DNA of 64,000 bases from Amoebidium appalachense (taxonomy: Eukaryota > Protista > Ichthyosporea): positions 11,092,328 to 11,156,327 of the forward strand of contig CAVNZM010000002.1 of NCBI GenBank assembly GCA_963693365.1, given 5' to 3'. Position numbers and translations under genes: made by a program. Below the pieces are notes generated by a model. That model saw only the letters and a list, made by a program, of their open reading frames with translations. It did not search any database and had not been told where the DNA came from. Below are positions 28,643-42,774 of this stretch, piece after piece (position 1 is the first letter of the stretch; each line of letters opens with the position of its first letter).

Positions 28643-28935
28643 GTGTGTGCGTGTGCGCAGGCGCGCGCGCCACCGTGACGGTGGCTGTGAGTTCACTCTA
28701 AATCTATTTGTAGGTGCACATGTGAGTATGTCCGTGTTGTGACCGTGTAATTGGCGATGCATGCCTGCACATTCTTACATGTGCCTCGTAGAAAGCTCCC
28801 CTGAGAGGGGGAGGGGGGGGGGGGGGGGGGGGGGGGGGAGAGGGGGGTGGGGAGGGACGGCGGGTGCCGGCTATTGGGGTGTGTAGTAAATGTCCCACGA
28901 ATTATTGTGGCTTTGGCGCCATGAAGTGGAATCGA

Positions 28936-29030
28936 CACGGCCGTCTCGAAAATTCTATTTTTAGCGTTCTATGTTTAGTAATACCTTTACATTTTGGTAG
29001 CATCAATATCCGGTGTTCCAGAGGGCCGTG
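28936..29030. mobile_element. 95-bp member of the CACGGCC mini-MITE family
   Basis: Termini CACGGCCGTCTCGAA... and ...GTTCCAGAGGGCCGTG; TSD is degenerate or unclear. Confidence 0.55.
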
Positions 29031-29409
29031 AATTCGATCGATCACTCCAATACTTTCGGATTGAGCTCGAACTTTTCAACTGCAAAATTTAAAGGCTGTT
29101 ATGTATAGTTGTAGTATTACGGGTACATCCCTCAGTTCAGCAAGGTCTCAGCCTCCCCCTCCGCCCCAACCCTTGAATCCCTGACTTCATAACTTTGATG
29201 CAATATATGGCCGATTTATTGGTGTTGGCAAACTAGAAAACTTAACTAAAAAGGACCGTTGCTGTACCAACTACGTGTGCTCGCTCAGCCTGGTAAGGGA
29301 AACACAAAGGTGGAAAGTGTATCATTGAAGAGTAGCCTGAATCACAGGGCTTAGCGTATGAATGTGCGTCACACGTCACTGTGCCACCGTGACGTTTTGT
29401 GCATCTGTA

Positions 29410-29486
<77 letters not shown>

Positions 29487-29849
29487 GTGTACATGTGTGT
29501 CTGTCGGCCTGTCTGTGTGTGTGTGTGTGTCTGAGTGTCACTATATATGTGTGTGTGTGAGTGTGTCTGGGTGTTTGTGTGTGTGCGTGCGTGTGTACAT
29601 GTGTATGTGCATATTGTGCGTCCGCGCGCCCGTCTGCGCACCTGCACATGTGTGCTTATATGTGTGTGCGCGCGCGTACATCGTGTGCAACTCTTATATT
29701 GATTGCCCGTGTGTGTCACTGTGCACGCGCTCCGACGGTCGGTCTGTGCCACGTAGGTGTTCATAATCTTGAGAGAATGGGTGTGTGTTGGGGGGGCGGG
29801 GGGAGGGAGGGAGGGAGACATATCCCTTTAGGGAGGGCGGGGTGGAGGA

Positions 29850-29883
<34 letters not shown>

Positions 29884-29951
29884 GGAGTTGGGGTGGAGGA
29901 GGGGGAGGGGGGGGAGGGGTGGAGGGGAGGGGGGGGGGGGGGAGGGGGGGG

Positions 29952-30081
29952 GGGCTGAAGGGGGTTATAGAGAGAGAAGACTGTAGAACGCATTTCATTC
30001 AGCTTCTGTTCCAATCGCACGAGCTCTGGTACATTAATTAGTCAGAGGGTTTATTCTGAACAGTGACAATGTGGAGGGGGG

Positions 30082-30116
<35 letters not shown>

Positions 30117-30268
30117 TGGCGGGAAGCGGGCTGAAGGGGGTATAGAAAGAGAAAGACCGAAGAACACATGAAATTGTTTCATCAAAATTATTTCATCAGC
30201 TTCGGCTGCAGTCGTACGAGCTCTGGTACATTAAATCAGAAGGTTTATTCTGAACAGAGTGAGAATAC
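29952..30268 (+). repeat. Diverged direct tandem duplication (two copies, ~180-bp period)
   Basis: GGGCTGAAGGGG...ACGAGCTCTGGTACATTAA...GGTTTATTCTGAACAG occurs at about 29952-30070 and 30128-30268. Confidence 0.75.
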
Positions 30269-30730
30269 ACTGCAAGAGCAACACGTGAGCGCTGACTCTG
30301 CCACAGGCAGGAGAGGGTACCACAGATGTGCTGTGTAGGTGCATAGCCCATGTGTGTACTCCAACACGTGTGAGTGCCTGTGCCGGTGGCATAAACCCTA
30401 CCCATTGGCAAGACATCATTCAGGCTTCTCTTGTCGTATACATGGCCGTTTTTGGGTGGGTAGCTGCTTCTTTACTTCTAAAATGCTAGTGTACAAGTTG
30501 AGTCAAAACAGTATCAGTCGAATCATTTTTGATCACAACGGTCCGAATTCGAGCAACCGTTAATCCAAAATCAGAGAATTCACACTAAATTCACTAATAT
30601 CATATTTGTGTTTTCATAGTTCACAACCCATACTAAATTATAACCTCGAACCGAAGGAACCTACCATACCTAACACAGGAGTCCCAACCGTTTTCCAACA
30701 CATTCCTATATGGTATTCACCATCCTCTCT

Positions 30731-31276
30731 TTAGTACTTGGAGTTGGGGGCACAGCATGTCTTCTCGTTGCACGTGACGGAGGAGGTGGAACGGGGCTTG
30801 CAGCGCATGATCTGGTCCTTGTTCTTGGTGTCCTTGTTGTAGACGGCACACTTGACGGCCACGGAGCAGCTGACGAGCGTGGGGGGAGGGGCGCAGCAGG
30901 TGGCGGCGTTGCACACCTTCTGGTCGCCTGTGTAGCCAACAAGAGGGTGTGTGCGGCAGGGGGCCGCGAGGGAATCGTTTTTGGGGTCACGCTTGTACGA
31001 GGCATAGGGGCATGTGGTGTTTGCCCACTTGCTGTCGCACGGCACGAACTCGGGCATGGGCACGCAGCAATAGTCAGTGCTGCATGACTGGGTGGAGCCC
31101 GTGCGGTTCTTGCAGCGCATCACACCGCCAACCTTGGGGTCCACCTTGTACATGTACGGGCAGGCAATGGCGGCAGCGGTGGAGTTGCAGGGGATGAGGG
31201 ATGGGGCGGATGCCGGGGTGTAGGCGGCGCTGACAGCGGTGGCCACGAAGGCGAGAGAGGCGATGATGGCATTCAT
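30731..31276 (-). CDS. Intronless secreted cysteine-rich protein (181 aa) with three tandem 6-Cys repeats
   Basis: Signal-peptide-like MNAIIASLAFVATAVSA; three repeats C-x5/8-C-...Y[KN]xD[PT]K...C-x9/14-C-x4-CC-xP; strong GC3 codon bias; TATA-like CATAAAAAG upstream (about 31394-31402 on the minus strand). Confidence 0.85.
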   Translation of the reverse strand: MNAIIASLAFVATAVSAAYTPASAPSLIPCNSTAAAIACPYMYKVDPKVGGVMRCKNRTGSTQSCSTDYCCVPMPEFVPCDSKWANTTCPYASYKRDPKNDSLAAPCRTHPLVGYTGDQKVCNAATCCAPPPTLVSCSVAVKCAVYNKDTKNKDQIMRCKPRSTSSVTCNEKTCCAPNSKY

Positions 31277-32329
31277 GGTGGTGTGTGTGAGAGAGTAATG
31301 AGAGAGTAATAGGTTAGAGTTGAACTTCGGGGGGTTGTTATGGCTTGGCAAAAGCTTGTCTTGGATTTCTGAGCTTGAATAGGCGAGGAGCAGCCTTTTT
31401 ATGGGCTCTGCCAGCCGTTCAACGGTTCAACATGGTGGTTTTCGATCAGGTGGCTCCATATACCCTTGATCTCTACTCAAAGATTCCTGAGCAGATCGCC
31501 ACCGTCCGACCAGTGCCACGGCGATTTTGATGAGGAGACAGACCAGTCCCTGACTTACAGGTTGCGCGCCTGTTAGAAAGAAACATGCACAACAAATTCC
31601 ATTCAGATTATTTTTGTAGCACTGTACCTACAATATACACGGAGCTCTCAAAAGGTTGCAGCAAACCCGGTCTACTTTTGTGAAATTTTTTGAAGATGTT
31701 TATTCCCAGGAATTTCGATCATTTGGCCGGGTGGCCAATTATTCAGAGGAATTTCAGCCTGGTCGAGTATTTATATTAATGGCACATTTTTTATAATAGC
31801 AATTTAGTGCTGTTAGTAAGTAGCTGCGAAGCCTCGCGTCTAGTATGTGGTCTTGCTGGGAAACGCAGAGCTCCCAATCACTGAACTTCTCCCAGACACT
31901 AGGGGGGTTCATGATCATGTGGGCCCTGGGGCGTGAACTTCCGAACAACTAGGGGGATCGCATTCAATATATGCCACAGTCACGTTTAATTGGATCGTCC
32001 ATCTAACCAAAAGGAAAACGACTAATTCCTTTCGTTTTTCTACATTCCGAAGAGACCAATCACATAGGCCTGTAAAAGCGCGCACAACGATTGGCTAAGC
32101 GTGCATCATGCCGGGTCATGCCGCATGCGTAGGGTGTGTTGGTTTCGTAAACCCCCGTGTTGGTTTGGCTTTATTATTCAGAAAAATTGAATAAGCACAC
32201 TGTAGGTACAGCCCATTTCATTTTCTTTTCAATATGCATACCCCTGCTAATTAGTGTCACTATAATAGTGAAATAATCAGAAGGCCTAAGCTCCTCACGG
32301 CACGGATCGCTCGTGCGAAGGGTAAGCTT

Positions 32330-33310
32330 CACATCGTGTCAAATCTGTTTCAACAGGAGTCTGTGATCCATCATCTGCGAACCTTCTTCTCTACTATAAA
32401 ACTTTTTTACGGCCGACTTTCGAATATGGACTTCCGCTATTGGCCTGGCGCCCCACCTCGCGAGGCGGCCATGGCGCTGAAAGAGTCAGTTCGACGATTT
32501 TCAGGGTACTGCGCTGCGCACTTTGTTTCGTACTCGGTTTGTGCCTCCCTTAATCAGTATGTTTGGATTGTCGTCTGCTGTTTGTCGTATGGAGGAATTG
32601 TCTCTTCGTTTTTGTTTTCATTTAGTTAGGCTACCTGATGGTCACCCTCTTTATGCTTTCTTCCCCTCCCCCCCCCCCTCCCTCCATCCCTCTTCCCCCC
32701 CGATTCACCAACGCTACTTCTGAATGTCCTCAGCCTCCCCTCTTTCAACCTGATTCTTCCTCTCGAAAGTGTGTAAACCCCATCTCACTCCCTCTTTCTC
32801 TTTTCTTCCTGTTTTTTCTGCCTTTTCGCGTTATTACCATACGCAGTATAAGTTTCTTTCTCGTTCTGATAGAGAAATCAAAGGTAAAATTTGTCGGCAT
32901 GTGTTACGTTCCTTAGGCAACACCGTACTGATCATTCTCGCTTTTTGGGAGCTTTGGCAGGATACATTTCTCCTGCTGTACCAATGGATACCACCCTAGT
33001 AGATAAGTCTGTATGGTGCTCTGATGTTGATATTGCCTGGGAAGTTGTGCAGTGGCGCTGTAATTCTTGTTTTCATCGCCGCTGGTGCCACTTTTGTGCT
33101 GACCTTTTTAATCGCAAGCATGTTGACAGGTGTGAGTTTTTATGTCGCGTTTTACCTCTTTCCCTACGGGTGTCTGCTACACTAGCTGGCAATGTGAACA
33201 CTTTAGACTTTTTGTTGAATTCTGTTGGTCGTCACATTGAGTATTTATATGATTTCCACACAGTGTTCAGGTATCGCAGTATGCACTTGTTACTGGATAA
33301 CTCGTGAAGT
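32330..33310 (+). mobile_element. Possible degenerate non-LTR retrotransposon 3' fragment
   Basis: Repeat-poor, T-rich stretch with broken ORFs. YKFLSRSDREIKGKICRHVL and IAWEVVQWRCN loosely resemble LINE ORF2 C-terminal motifs. No RT core was seen. Confidence 0.25.
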
Positions 33311-34804
33311 TTTTATTGTCTTCTCAGTATGCCGTGCATACTTGCATATCTTTCCGTCGAATAAATCCAGTCAAATGAAAAAAAAAAATCCGTAATTTTT
33401 TCGCGAGATATGTGGAGATATAACATAATAGCCACATGCACAAAAGTGTTCCGACGGAATCCGACCCGAAAAGTGCACAACAGATTATATGGCCATGGTA
33501 CATGTCGACGGTTAGGTCCACTGATTATCAACCAGTAACAATATTACAGGTGAATTCATAAAGACATGTGCTCTTAGAGCTTTATAGGAACACACAGGCT
33601 GAAGGCAGCTACAGAAACATTTGCCTCTCTACAATGCAGATATCATTTGTGCAAGCTCCACCTTATCCCAATTTCAAGCCCTGATCGGTATCCCCAAGGA
33701 CGTCCTACCATGCGGCAACTTTGTGGAATTAAGGGCTCCAAGTCAACACGCGGAAGTGAACATGAACACAAGTGGCCCGAATGTATTTCAACTAACATAG
33801 GCTTGGGCGGGGGTGAAGTAGAATTCGGAGGGCTCATGAATGAACACTGAATCATTAGCGATATTGCTTGGGCCAGCAACTTATGAAAGGCCAAGATAAC
33901 AAGTTTCTTATGGGCATGCACCGTGATATAGAATTCCGTACGTCCTCCGCTGCTGCCACGGTATGGCCGGATACGTTCTGATGGCACTAGGCCTATTCAG
34001 TTCTCCAGCGGCACATGCCCCGGTGGCATGATGTGGGCCAGACTTGTAAGCCAAATTTGAAGCATGAGTATCATAGTGGTGTGGCCCCAAGGCGCCATCA
34101 TTACGGTATCCACAACAAATAGGGACAGGCTGCAGATAAAGATGTATACACCATATTGAATAAAAGGAAACGGTGGCCTTTTTTTCCCACTAGCGGACGC
34201 CAATCATTTCATTTCGGTAAATTTTTGAGTATTTTTTTTTTTTTTGTCTTACAGTCTTACAACGTTACCATGTATGTTACGACACATGTGCACTGGTGGG
34301 CCTTCGACTCCCGAGTCCGTACGCGATCATATCAACGTCGACGTGCACGTTGCAGCCCCGCACAAGCAGCGTGACACACACACACCACAGTGTCACACGA
34401 ACGAGTTGCACACACACACCTGCAAGCATGCACCGTGATGATGCAGCAAGTTGCAGATGCCCTCACGACGTGACTGATATCACTGATAAAACAAACCGTT
34501 GAAAAAAGTAGGAATATGGTTTGAACTAGTGACGCTTACCACAGGTGATAAGTATACACTAATTAATTCAGGTATATTTAGCCATGCATAGGATTGATAT
34601 TCTTGATGTCAAAGGAGGAGCGGGATAAATAAAATAAGAAAACTGAAAGATATGTAATGTAGGAGTGTTACTGAACCCATGGGGGGCGGGGGACCCCCTC
34701 CCCCCCCCTCATTTGGCCAAGGACGGGGGGGGGGCCGGGGGGGGGGGGGGGGCACGTGCACGCACCCCTCCGGCTAGCAGGGCGAGGGAATCGAGGGGAG
34801 AGGG

Positions 34805-34845
<41 letters not shown>

Positions 34846-34909
34846 AGAGGGGGATGCCACCACCCACTGAGCCATGATCATGAGTAGGTAGATCTCCCCC
34901 CCCCCCCCC

Positions 34910-35036
<127 letters not shown>

Positions 35037-35550
35037 CCCGAGACACCCCTCTCTCTCTCTCTCTCTCTCCCCGAGACACCCTCTCTCTCATTCTCTCTCT
35101 TCCCTCCCCCCAGCCCTCCCCCCTCCCCTCCTCCTCCCCCCCCCCCTACCCCCCCCTCCCCCCCCTCCCCCCGGCGCCGCGGGGCCCTCCCTCCGGAGCC
35201 GCCTGGGCGGAACTCACCTCCATTTTCCGCACCGGGCGCACACGCACGCACATACTTTCCTCATGTATTCATTTCACGCGAACCTGCACGTGCACACACG
35301 TGTACCACATGTACACACAAACGGTGCACAAACCAGTGATGCGCATATCGTCGGACATGACTCATGCAGATACTGTAAGGGCGTGTTTGGCAGCCCAAAA
35401 AAACCGTATTCGTGTCATTTGTGTGAAAAGGCGACTAATCGTGACCATATTTTTTTGTGGTAATTATGTGTATTTATGGGTACTAGGTGATTATGGCGTA
35501 CCCGGTACGCCTAAACACGCTTCGCTTCGACATTGGATTCGAAATATGTG

Positions 35551-35671
<121 letters not shown>

Positions 35672-35712
35672 TTGGGGGGGGGGGGAGGGTGTGTGTGCGC
35701 GTGGGTGAGTGG

Positions 35713-35915
<203 letters not shown>

Positions 35916-36975
35916 TATGCGTGCGTGTATGCGTTTGCGCGCGCATGTGTTCGTGTGACCCCCCACCCCCCCATCCCCCCAGCAAGGGAAGGGAGGTAGG
36001 TCCTCCCCCTCCCCCACCTTTTTACTATGTCCCCCCTTCTCGTTCAGGTTAAAGGGAGAAAGTCAGGCGGCTCAGACACTCCGACGGTGTACGCATTGCC
36101 ATGCACGCACAAAGGCATGCATACATCATGTGCATTGCATCATGGACACACTAACATGGGCAGGAGGAGGAGGAGGGGGGGGGCCGGGGGGGGGGGGGGG
36201 GGGGGGGGGAGGGGGGTACCCCCACCTTCTCGAGAGTTTGGGGGTGGGGTTCACCCACTCTTCCCCCTTCCCTCGTGAGGAAGGGAGAGAGACACCGCCA
36301 GCTGGGGATCATAAGTTTGTAATGCCCACCTTCCAATTCAAGAAATTTTAGGGCGAAGTCTTTCGGAACTTCCAGTAAAAAAAAAAAAAATATGACTCCC
36401 CCCCCCCCCCTCCCCCCCCCTCCCCTCCCCCCCCCCCTCCCCTCTCCCCCCCCCCTCCCAGGGGGTGGGTGGCTGAGTGGGGTTTGCCATAAAACGTCTT
36501 TTGAAACTTTCTTGTTCGCCCCCTTATGAACCAACGTCTAGCCGATAGACTCGCCCCCGTTAAATTGAAATTGAATCATGGCATATAACTTGACAATAAC
36601 AAGGATGTAACTTAACTACGAACAAAATAACCACATGATCATGGCTGTTGGCAAGATATCTCATTAAGAAACACATATTGGCCCACCTAAACGAGATAGG
36701 TAGAGACAAACTGTACATGTATGTAGCTTAACGAAACTATATGACAAGACAAAACACAACAATCCAGTGACTGTGTGCAAAAGAAAACCGAGATCGTGCA
36801 TGCAGGCCATGCTGCATTGCAGTTACTTGCAACACATAAACCTTAGGGTAGACCGTTATAACGTTGAAGATATGCAATTGCGACCGGCAGAAAGGAATCG
36901 GAAACGTGCATGCATACTCGGCATGTACACGATGAGGGAGAGGGAGGGGGGAGGGAAACCCAACACACACGTGAC

Positions 36976-37290
<315 letters not shown>

Positions 37291-37592
37291 ACCGGAGGAG
37301 AGAGTGGAAGATTCTGAAGCCAGTTAGGCAACAGGACATGGACATTACGCAAGCGAATTTAACTTACTAATCTGATTGAGGCAAAACCCGTGCGGGCTTT
37401 ACAAAGTAGGCAGAGTGCTTTCCGGATTGTTCACGGAATGAGCCACTCCTAAATAGATCACATTAGTAATGATTATGATGCTCAGATTTCAGAACTAGTA
37501 GATCACATAAACACCATCTGTGGAACGTTACCGGAGACACTACAGGGGTGAAGAGAGGAAGGGGGAGAGGGAGGGGGAGGAGGAGGGGGGCG

Positions 37593-37645
<53 letters not shown>

Positions 37646-38191
37646 CTCCGATTCGGCTGGGCAGTGACTGTATACGTACCACTGGTATCACGATCACTGA
37701 TGAGAGTGTTCAAGTGGCAGCCTCATGATCATGCAGCATGACACAGCAGACGATCAATTTACATTCTTAATTTAGTAATTCAACACTTTATCAAACCGTT
37801 GACGCGAACACTGAAGCCCGGCATTTAGCCAGGCTGCTATGATGATCCTGGCCTCCATTGAATCCAATACCGTCTGCTGAAAATAGTATTTAAGAGAGCC
37901 TCCTGTAATAATAGGGACCACATTACACTTATCCTCCCCCCCCCCCTCCCCCCCCCCCCCCCCCCCCCCCTCCCCCTCCCCCTCCCGCCCCCTCCCATGC
38001 GGCCAGCCCACCGCCCCCTCCCACCTCACTCAAAGCCTCACACAAGCGCTTCCTTGATCACCGTGAGTACCGACGGTCAGTCCGACTCCCCCTGGATTTA
38101 ATAGATGCCGTGTATTGTATATTCAAAACTTGATCATTTCAAGTCGCGCAAGGTTAAGTATCAATAAAGAAAGAGAATTAGTCATATGATT

Positions 38192-38230
<39 letters not shown>

Positions 38231-38293
38231 AAAAGAGAGAGAGAGAGAGAGAGGCCGGAGAGAGAGAGAGAGGGAGAGTGGGGTGGAGAGAGA

Positions 38294-38414
<121 letters not shown>

Positions 38415-38455
38415 GAGAGAGAGGAAGAGAGAGAGAAGGGGGGGGGGGGGGAGAG

Positions 38456-38486
<31 letters not shown>

Positions 38487-38901
38487 GAGAGAGAGAGAGT
38501 GAGTGAATGTGTGCGTGTTGGAGATTACGGATTGAGAAACTGCTGCTGCAAGAGTGCACTGCCCCGGAGTTATCATAAACACCGAACTATCACACCGTGG
38601 GGGCCATCCGCAACATTTACTAGTAAACTTTATATAGTATTTCAATTCAACATGAAAATCATAGGGTATCATGGCCATTATGACATAATGTGACATCATT
38701 ATGTATTATATGTAAACCGTAAATGAATCATAAATATATGCCATTTGCACGGTATTCCCTCGTACGATGAGTGCCAGTGGGCGCTCCCTGGGGTCTTTCA
38801 ATACACAACTGGATTCGAAAACCACTGGATGCAATGATTGCGACCTCCAGCCTTTTTGTTCACAACCCTGCATTCGAAGCTCATCTGACCACGGAGAAGG
38901 G

Positions 38902-38943
<42 letters not shown>

Positions 38944-38957
38944 GGGGGGGGGGGGGG

Positions 38958-39009
<52 letters not shown>

Positions 39010-39559
39010 GGGGGGGGGGGGGGGGCGGGGACACGAGGGAGAGAGGGAGGGTTTGGACAGAGAGAGAAGGGAGAGAGAGTGCAAGGCCTGAGTGGGGAAG
39101 ATAGAGAGATGTAGGACAACGAGGGGCTCCTCGGACTCTGAGATCATCAATAGAGAGAACAAAACTTATAATGATTGAACAGCTTGACATATCATATGAA
39201 TCTCAGCCTGTGACTACAGAAATCAAAAGCTCTTGCTATCACCGTGGTGGAATTTATTTCAACGGTGACACTGTGTGTAGTGCCCGGTAAGTTAGTGTCT
39301 CAGGGTGGACCGTGTGTGTGCGAGCCGCGCGCGCGGGTGTGCCATAGTGTGCTCGAACGCACTGTCACAGCGGATGTGTGTGTGTGTCACAGTTGTGTGT
39401 GTACTGTCTCATGTACGTGCGCGAGCGTGTGAGTGTCTGTGTGACTGTCTGTGTGGTGACCCGTGGCACGTGTGAGCGTCTATGTGTGGGTGCGTAAACG
39501 TGTAAGTGCAACAAGTTGCGCTCCTGGTTGTGTGGATATGTGGGTGCATGTGTTGGTGC

Positions 39560-39592
<33 letters not shown>

Positions 39593-39866
39593 GTACCACC
39601 GTGTGCGTGTGTGCGTGTGTGCGTGCATGCATACGTGTGCATGTGTGCAGGGGGCGGGGAGATGGGGAGGGGGGAGAGGTCTGCGGGTAGGGGCTCAACA
39701 GTTGTGATTTGGCGGAAGGAAGGGGGGGGGGGGGGGGGGGGGGGGGAGGGGGGAGGGTTGGGAGGGAGGAGGGGGAAGCTCGAGGGGTCACAGGATGAAA
39801 GTTTTCACTAATACCGGTACATGGGTCAGACCCCCCCCCCCCCCCCAAACAACAACCACCACCACC

Positions 39867-39900
<34 letters not shown>

Positions 39901-40373
39901 CCTAATTTATGTTGAATGTGCCGCGACTATGTGGGCACCCTAAAAACATAATTAGTGGTCACTCTCTAATTGTCGAAGCCGCTTCAATGCTTTTATGGTG
40001 CTGCTGCGGCATGACTAGTACTGCTTATTATCCCCGGAAATTCAATGCCCTTACAGTCATGATGCTGCATCATTTTTAAAGGTCCCACAAGTTGTGTAGA
40101 CTGTGAAAGGAAGGGGTGAGGGGAAGGGAGGGTGAGGGAGGGGAGGGGGGTAGACATATACTAGTACTGGTTGCCCAAATGTGACCCCGTCTGCTGCCCA
40201 TCACCCCAACGTATCGTTTTGTGACTGTGGTAATATTGTGGGACTGGAAAAAAGATGGCTTTAGCTGTAACAGTTAGCCTAATTCAAACCGATGAATGAT
40301 TATTGATGAGAACCGGTGGTCGTGGCTTGTCAAAACTTCCCGAGGTTTTGATTCTTCCTCCCTCCCGCCCCAA

Positions 40374-40415
<42 letters not shown>

Positions 40416-41147
40416 CTTCCCTCGCCCCTCGACTCCCGGCTTTTGCCATGAAGAGTACATTGCACCCTGGGTTTCTTCTTCGCATCCTTCACCTCAATGC
40501 CATAAGGCTAAAATTCTCGACACAAGTCCTTGCCAGAATTTCCCGTATTTACCTGGCAGGTTTATATTGGCCTCAGCCCCCTCCCCCCTCTCCCCCTCCC
40601 CCCTCCTCCCGCCCCTCCCCACCCCCCCAAGCCTTCCCCTCCCTCCCCACTCTTTCTTTCCCTACCCAACGTGACACCACCCCTTCCGCCTAGGGCTCGT
40701 GGCCTTGCAATTGGGTTTCCCGTGCTCTTAATATATACATATTATCAACAGAAATAAGGGGCGAGGAAGTGGAAGGTGGTGATTGGAAGAGGGAGGGGGA
40801 GGGGGGGGGGGGGAGGGGGGGAGGGGGGAGAAGGTTGAATTTAGCCTACCCCTGTGAATCATTGGATACCGTAAAGTTTCAATCATTCACCATATGCCAG
40901 TAACACAAGAAGTCATGACTCGCTGCATGACAACACCAAATGAAACCCCCTTGACACAGTTACACGAGTGAACAGGAAACTTAGCCCAGCGTGAACATTT
41001 CGGGTCCTGCTGGTGCAAAAAAGTCCTGTGATAGGGGGCCGGGCCCCCACGGTACATACGTGTAACCAGTTTGCTCGGGTCTTGGGGTCCACAACCTCTC
41101 CATCCCCCCCCCCCCCCTCCCCTCCCTCCCTCCCCCCCTTTTTTCCC

Positions 41148-41185
<38 letters not shown>

Positions 41186-41451
41186 CCTGCACACACACTT
41201 GCACACCTCAGGGCGGCCAGGAACGTGAATTGGGTTGATAATAGTGCATCTGAATAAATGATAGCCAAAACAAATTATCCCACAGAGATACTAAAGGCTG
41301 GGTGTAACACCAACCGTTGTCAAATGCCAAGAGGGGAAATAATCCAGGAGCGGAGCAGGCATTATCAGTAATGAACCAAATTAGTTCGCTTATTTACGGT
41401 ATGGTCATATGAAGGCCCCAACGACATCGGCAGAGACAACTTGCAACTTCT

Positions 41452-41700
41452 AAGCAGAATCATTCTGCAAAAAGCGGAAGAATTCTGCAAAAAGCAGAAT
41501 TATTCAGCAAAAAGCAGAAATAATTCTGCAAAAAGCAGAATTATTCAGCAAAAGCAGGATCACTCTGCTATTAGCAGACTAATTCTCCTAAAATTTTAGC
41601 AGACTCTCTAGTTTTGGCAGATTGGTTCTGCTGTTTGCAGATTGATTCTGCTTTTACAGAATAAATCTGCTTTTTGCAGAAAAAGTCTGCTCCGAGCAAG
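41452..41700. repeat. Array of ~20-bp self-complementary units (AAGCAGAATxxTTCTGCAAA), then inverted copies; probably MITE subterminal repeats
   Basis: About 6 forward units followed by reverse-oriented units; imperfect outer inverted repeat GGCCCCAACGACATC / GATGCGGTTGGGCC (about 41413/41726). Confidence 0.6.
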
Positions 41701-41754
41701 CTGATTCAGTTGATGCGGTTGGGCCCTATGTATATGAAGTAATGTAGTATTCAC

Positions 41755-41793
41755 CACGGCCCTTTGAACAGTCACAGTGTTCAGAGGGCCGTG
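41755..41793. mobile_element. 39-bp hairpin mini-MITE (CACGGCC family) with 8-bp TSD
   Basis: CACGGCCCTTTGAACA-gtcacag-TGTTCAGAGGGCCGTG, flanked by GTATTCAC / GTATCCAC. Confidence 0.7.
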
Positions 41794-41926
41794 GTATCCA
41801 CCCACCTGCTATTGGGTTACTGACTGAGTTGACTCCTGAGCTCCCACTCGTGTCACGTGCATGCCCCCCCCCCCCCCCCCCCCTCCCCCACTCCCGCCCC
41901 CCCCCCCCCCCCCCCTCCACCCCCCA

Positions 41927-41958
<32 letters not shown>

Positions 41959-42741
41959 TCCCGCCTCCCCCCACCCCCCGCCCCTCCCTCCCTTCCCCCG
42001 GCCCCCTCTCCCTCCCCCCTCCCCCTCCTGCGACAAAGTGTAGCGGGGTGTGAAGGGGTTTGGGGGGACAACCGTTGCTATTTTATTTGGCTGCTCGAGA
42101 ATGATGGTCACAGGGGGAAAGGTAGTGCACGTTTGAAGTTCAATCAAACGCTACATGCTAACATGTACAAAAGCATGATCGATTCGAGCACAAAAAGGCC
42201 TCAGACTTAGAGAAGCACTGCATTATAGCATTAAGTTATCGGCTGCCTATAACTGGTAGCTGCAAAGGGGTTTAGCTTCATCATTTTATTTAGCAATTAT
42301 ATTCGAGGCGACCTATGATGCATATTCGGAAGATGCATTATCACGGGACGCGGCATGCATGTAAGCACTGGCAGGTCAACTTGCTTTGTGGTCACCCAAA
42401 TGCGACTCCGTTTGTTTCCCATCTTCCTACATATAACTTATCGTTTTTGGCTTTTGATTGTGGGACAGAAAAAAAAGACAAAATGGGGTTTGGCTGCAGC
42501 AGTTGTCAATTGAACAGGACGAATGACTCTTTTGGTGAGACCCGGTGGTCATGGCTTGTCAATGTGACTGTGAAAAGAAAAAAAAAACAAAAACATAATT
42601 TTTGAAGCTTTTTGATTTTCAAAGTACTTGTTTTCCTGCCAGTCGCTCTCTCCTCCCGAGCCTCTCCCATTGTTAGTGTCCCTCACCAGCTTGCCATATC
42701 CCCTCCCCCCTATGATGCTTCCTTCACACCTCGGCCACACC

Positions 42742-42774
<33 letters not shown>

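Noticed and set aside
33640-34210. Repeat-free stretch with short ORFs
   Set aside because: No recognisable motif, codon bias or consistent splice structure.
38905-39030. Very long poly-G run as a functional G-quadruplex locus
   Set aside because: Such runs are ubiquitous here, and homopolymer lengths are unreliable in assemblies.
41452-41700. CRISPR-like appearance of short palindromic repeats
   Set aside because: No unique spacers, no cas genes, and a eukaryotic context.
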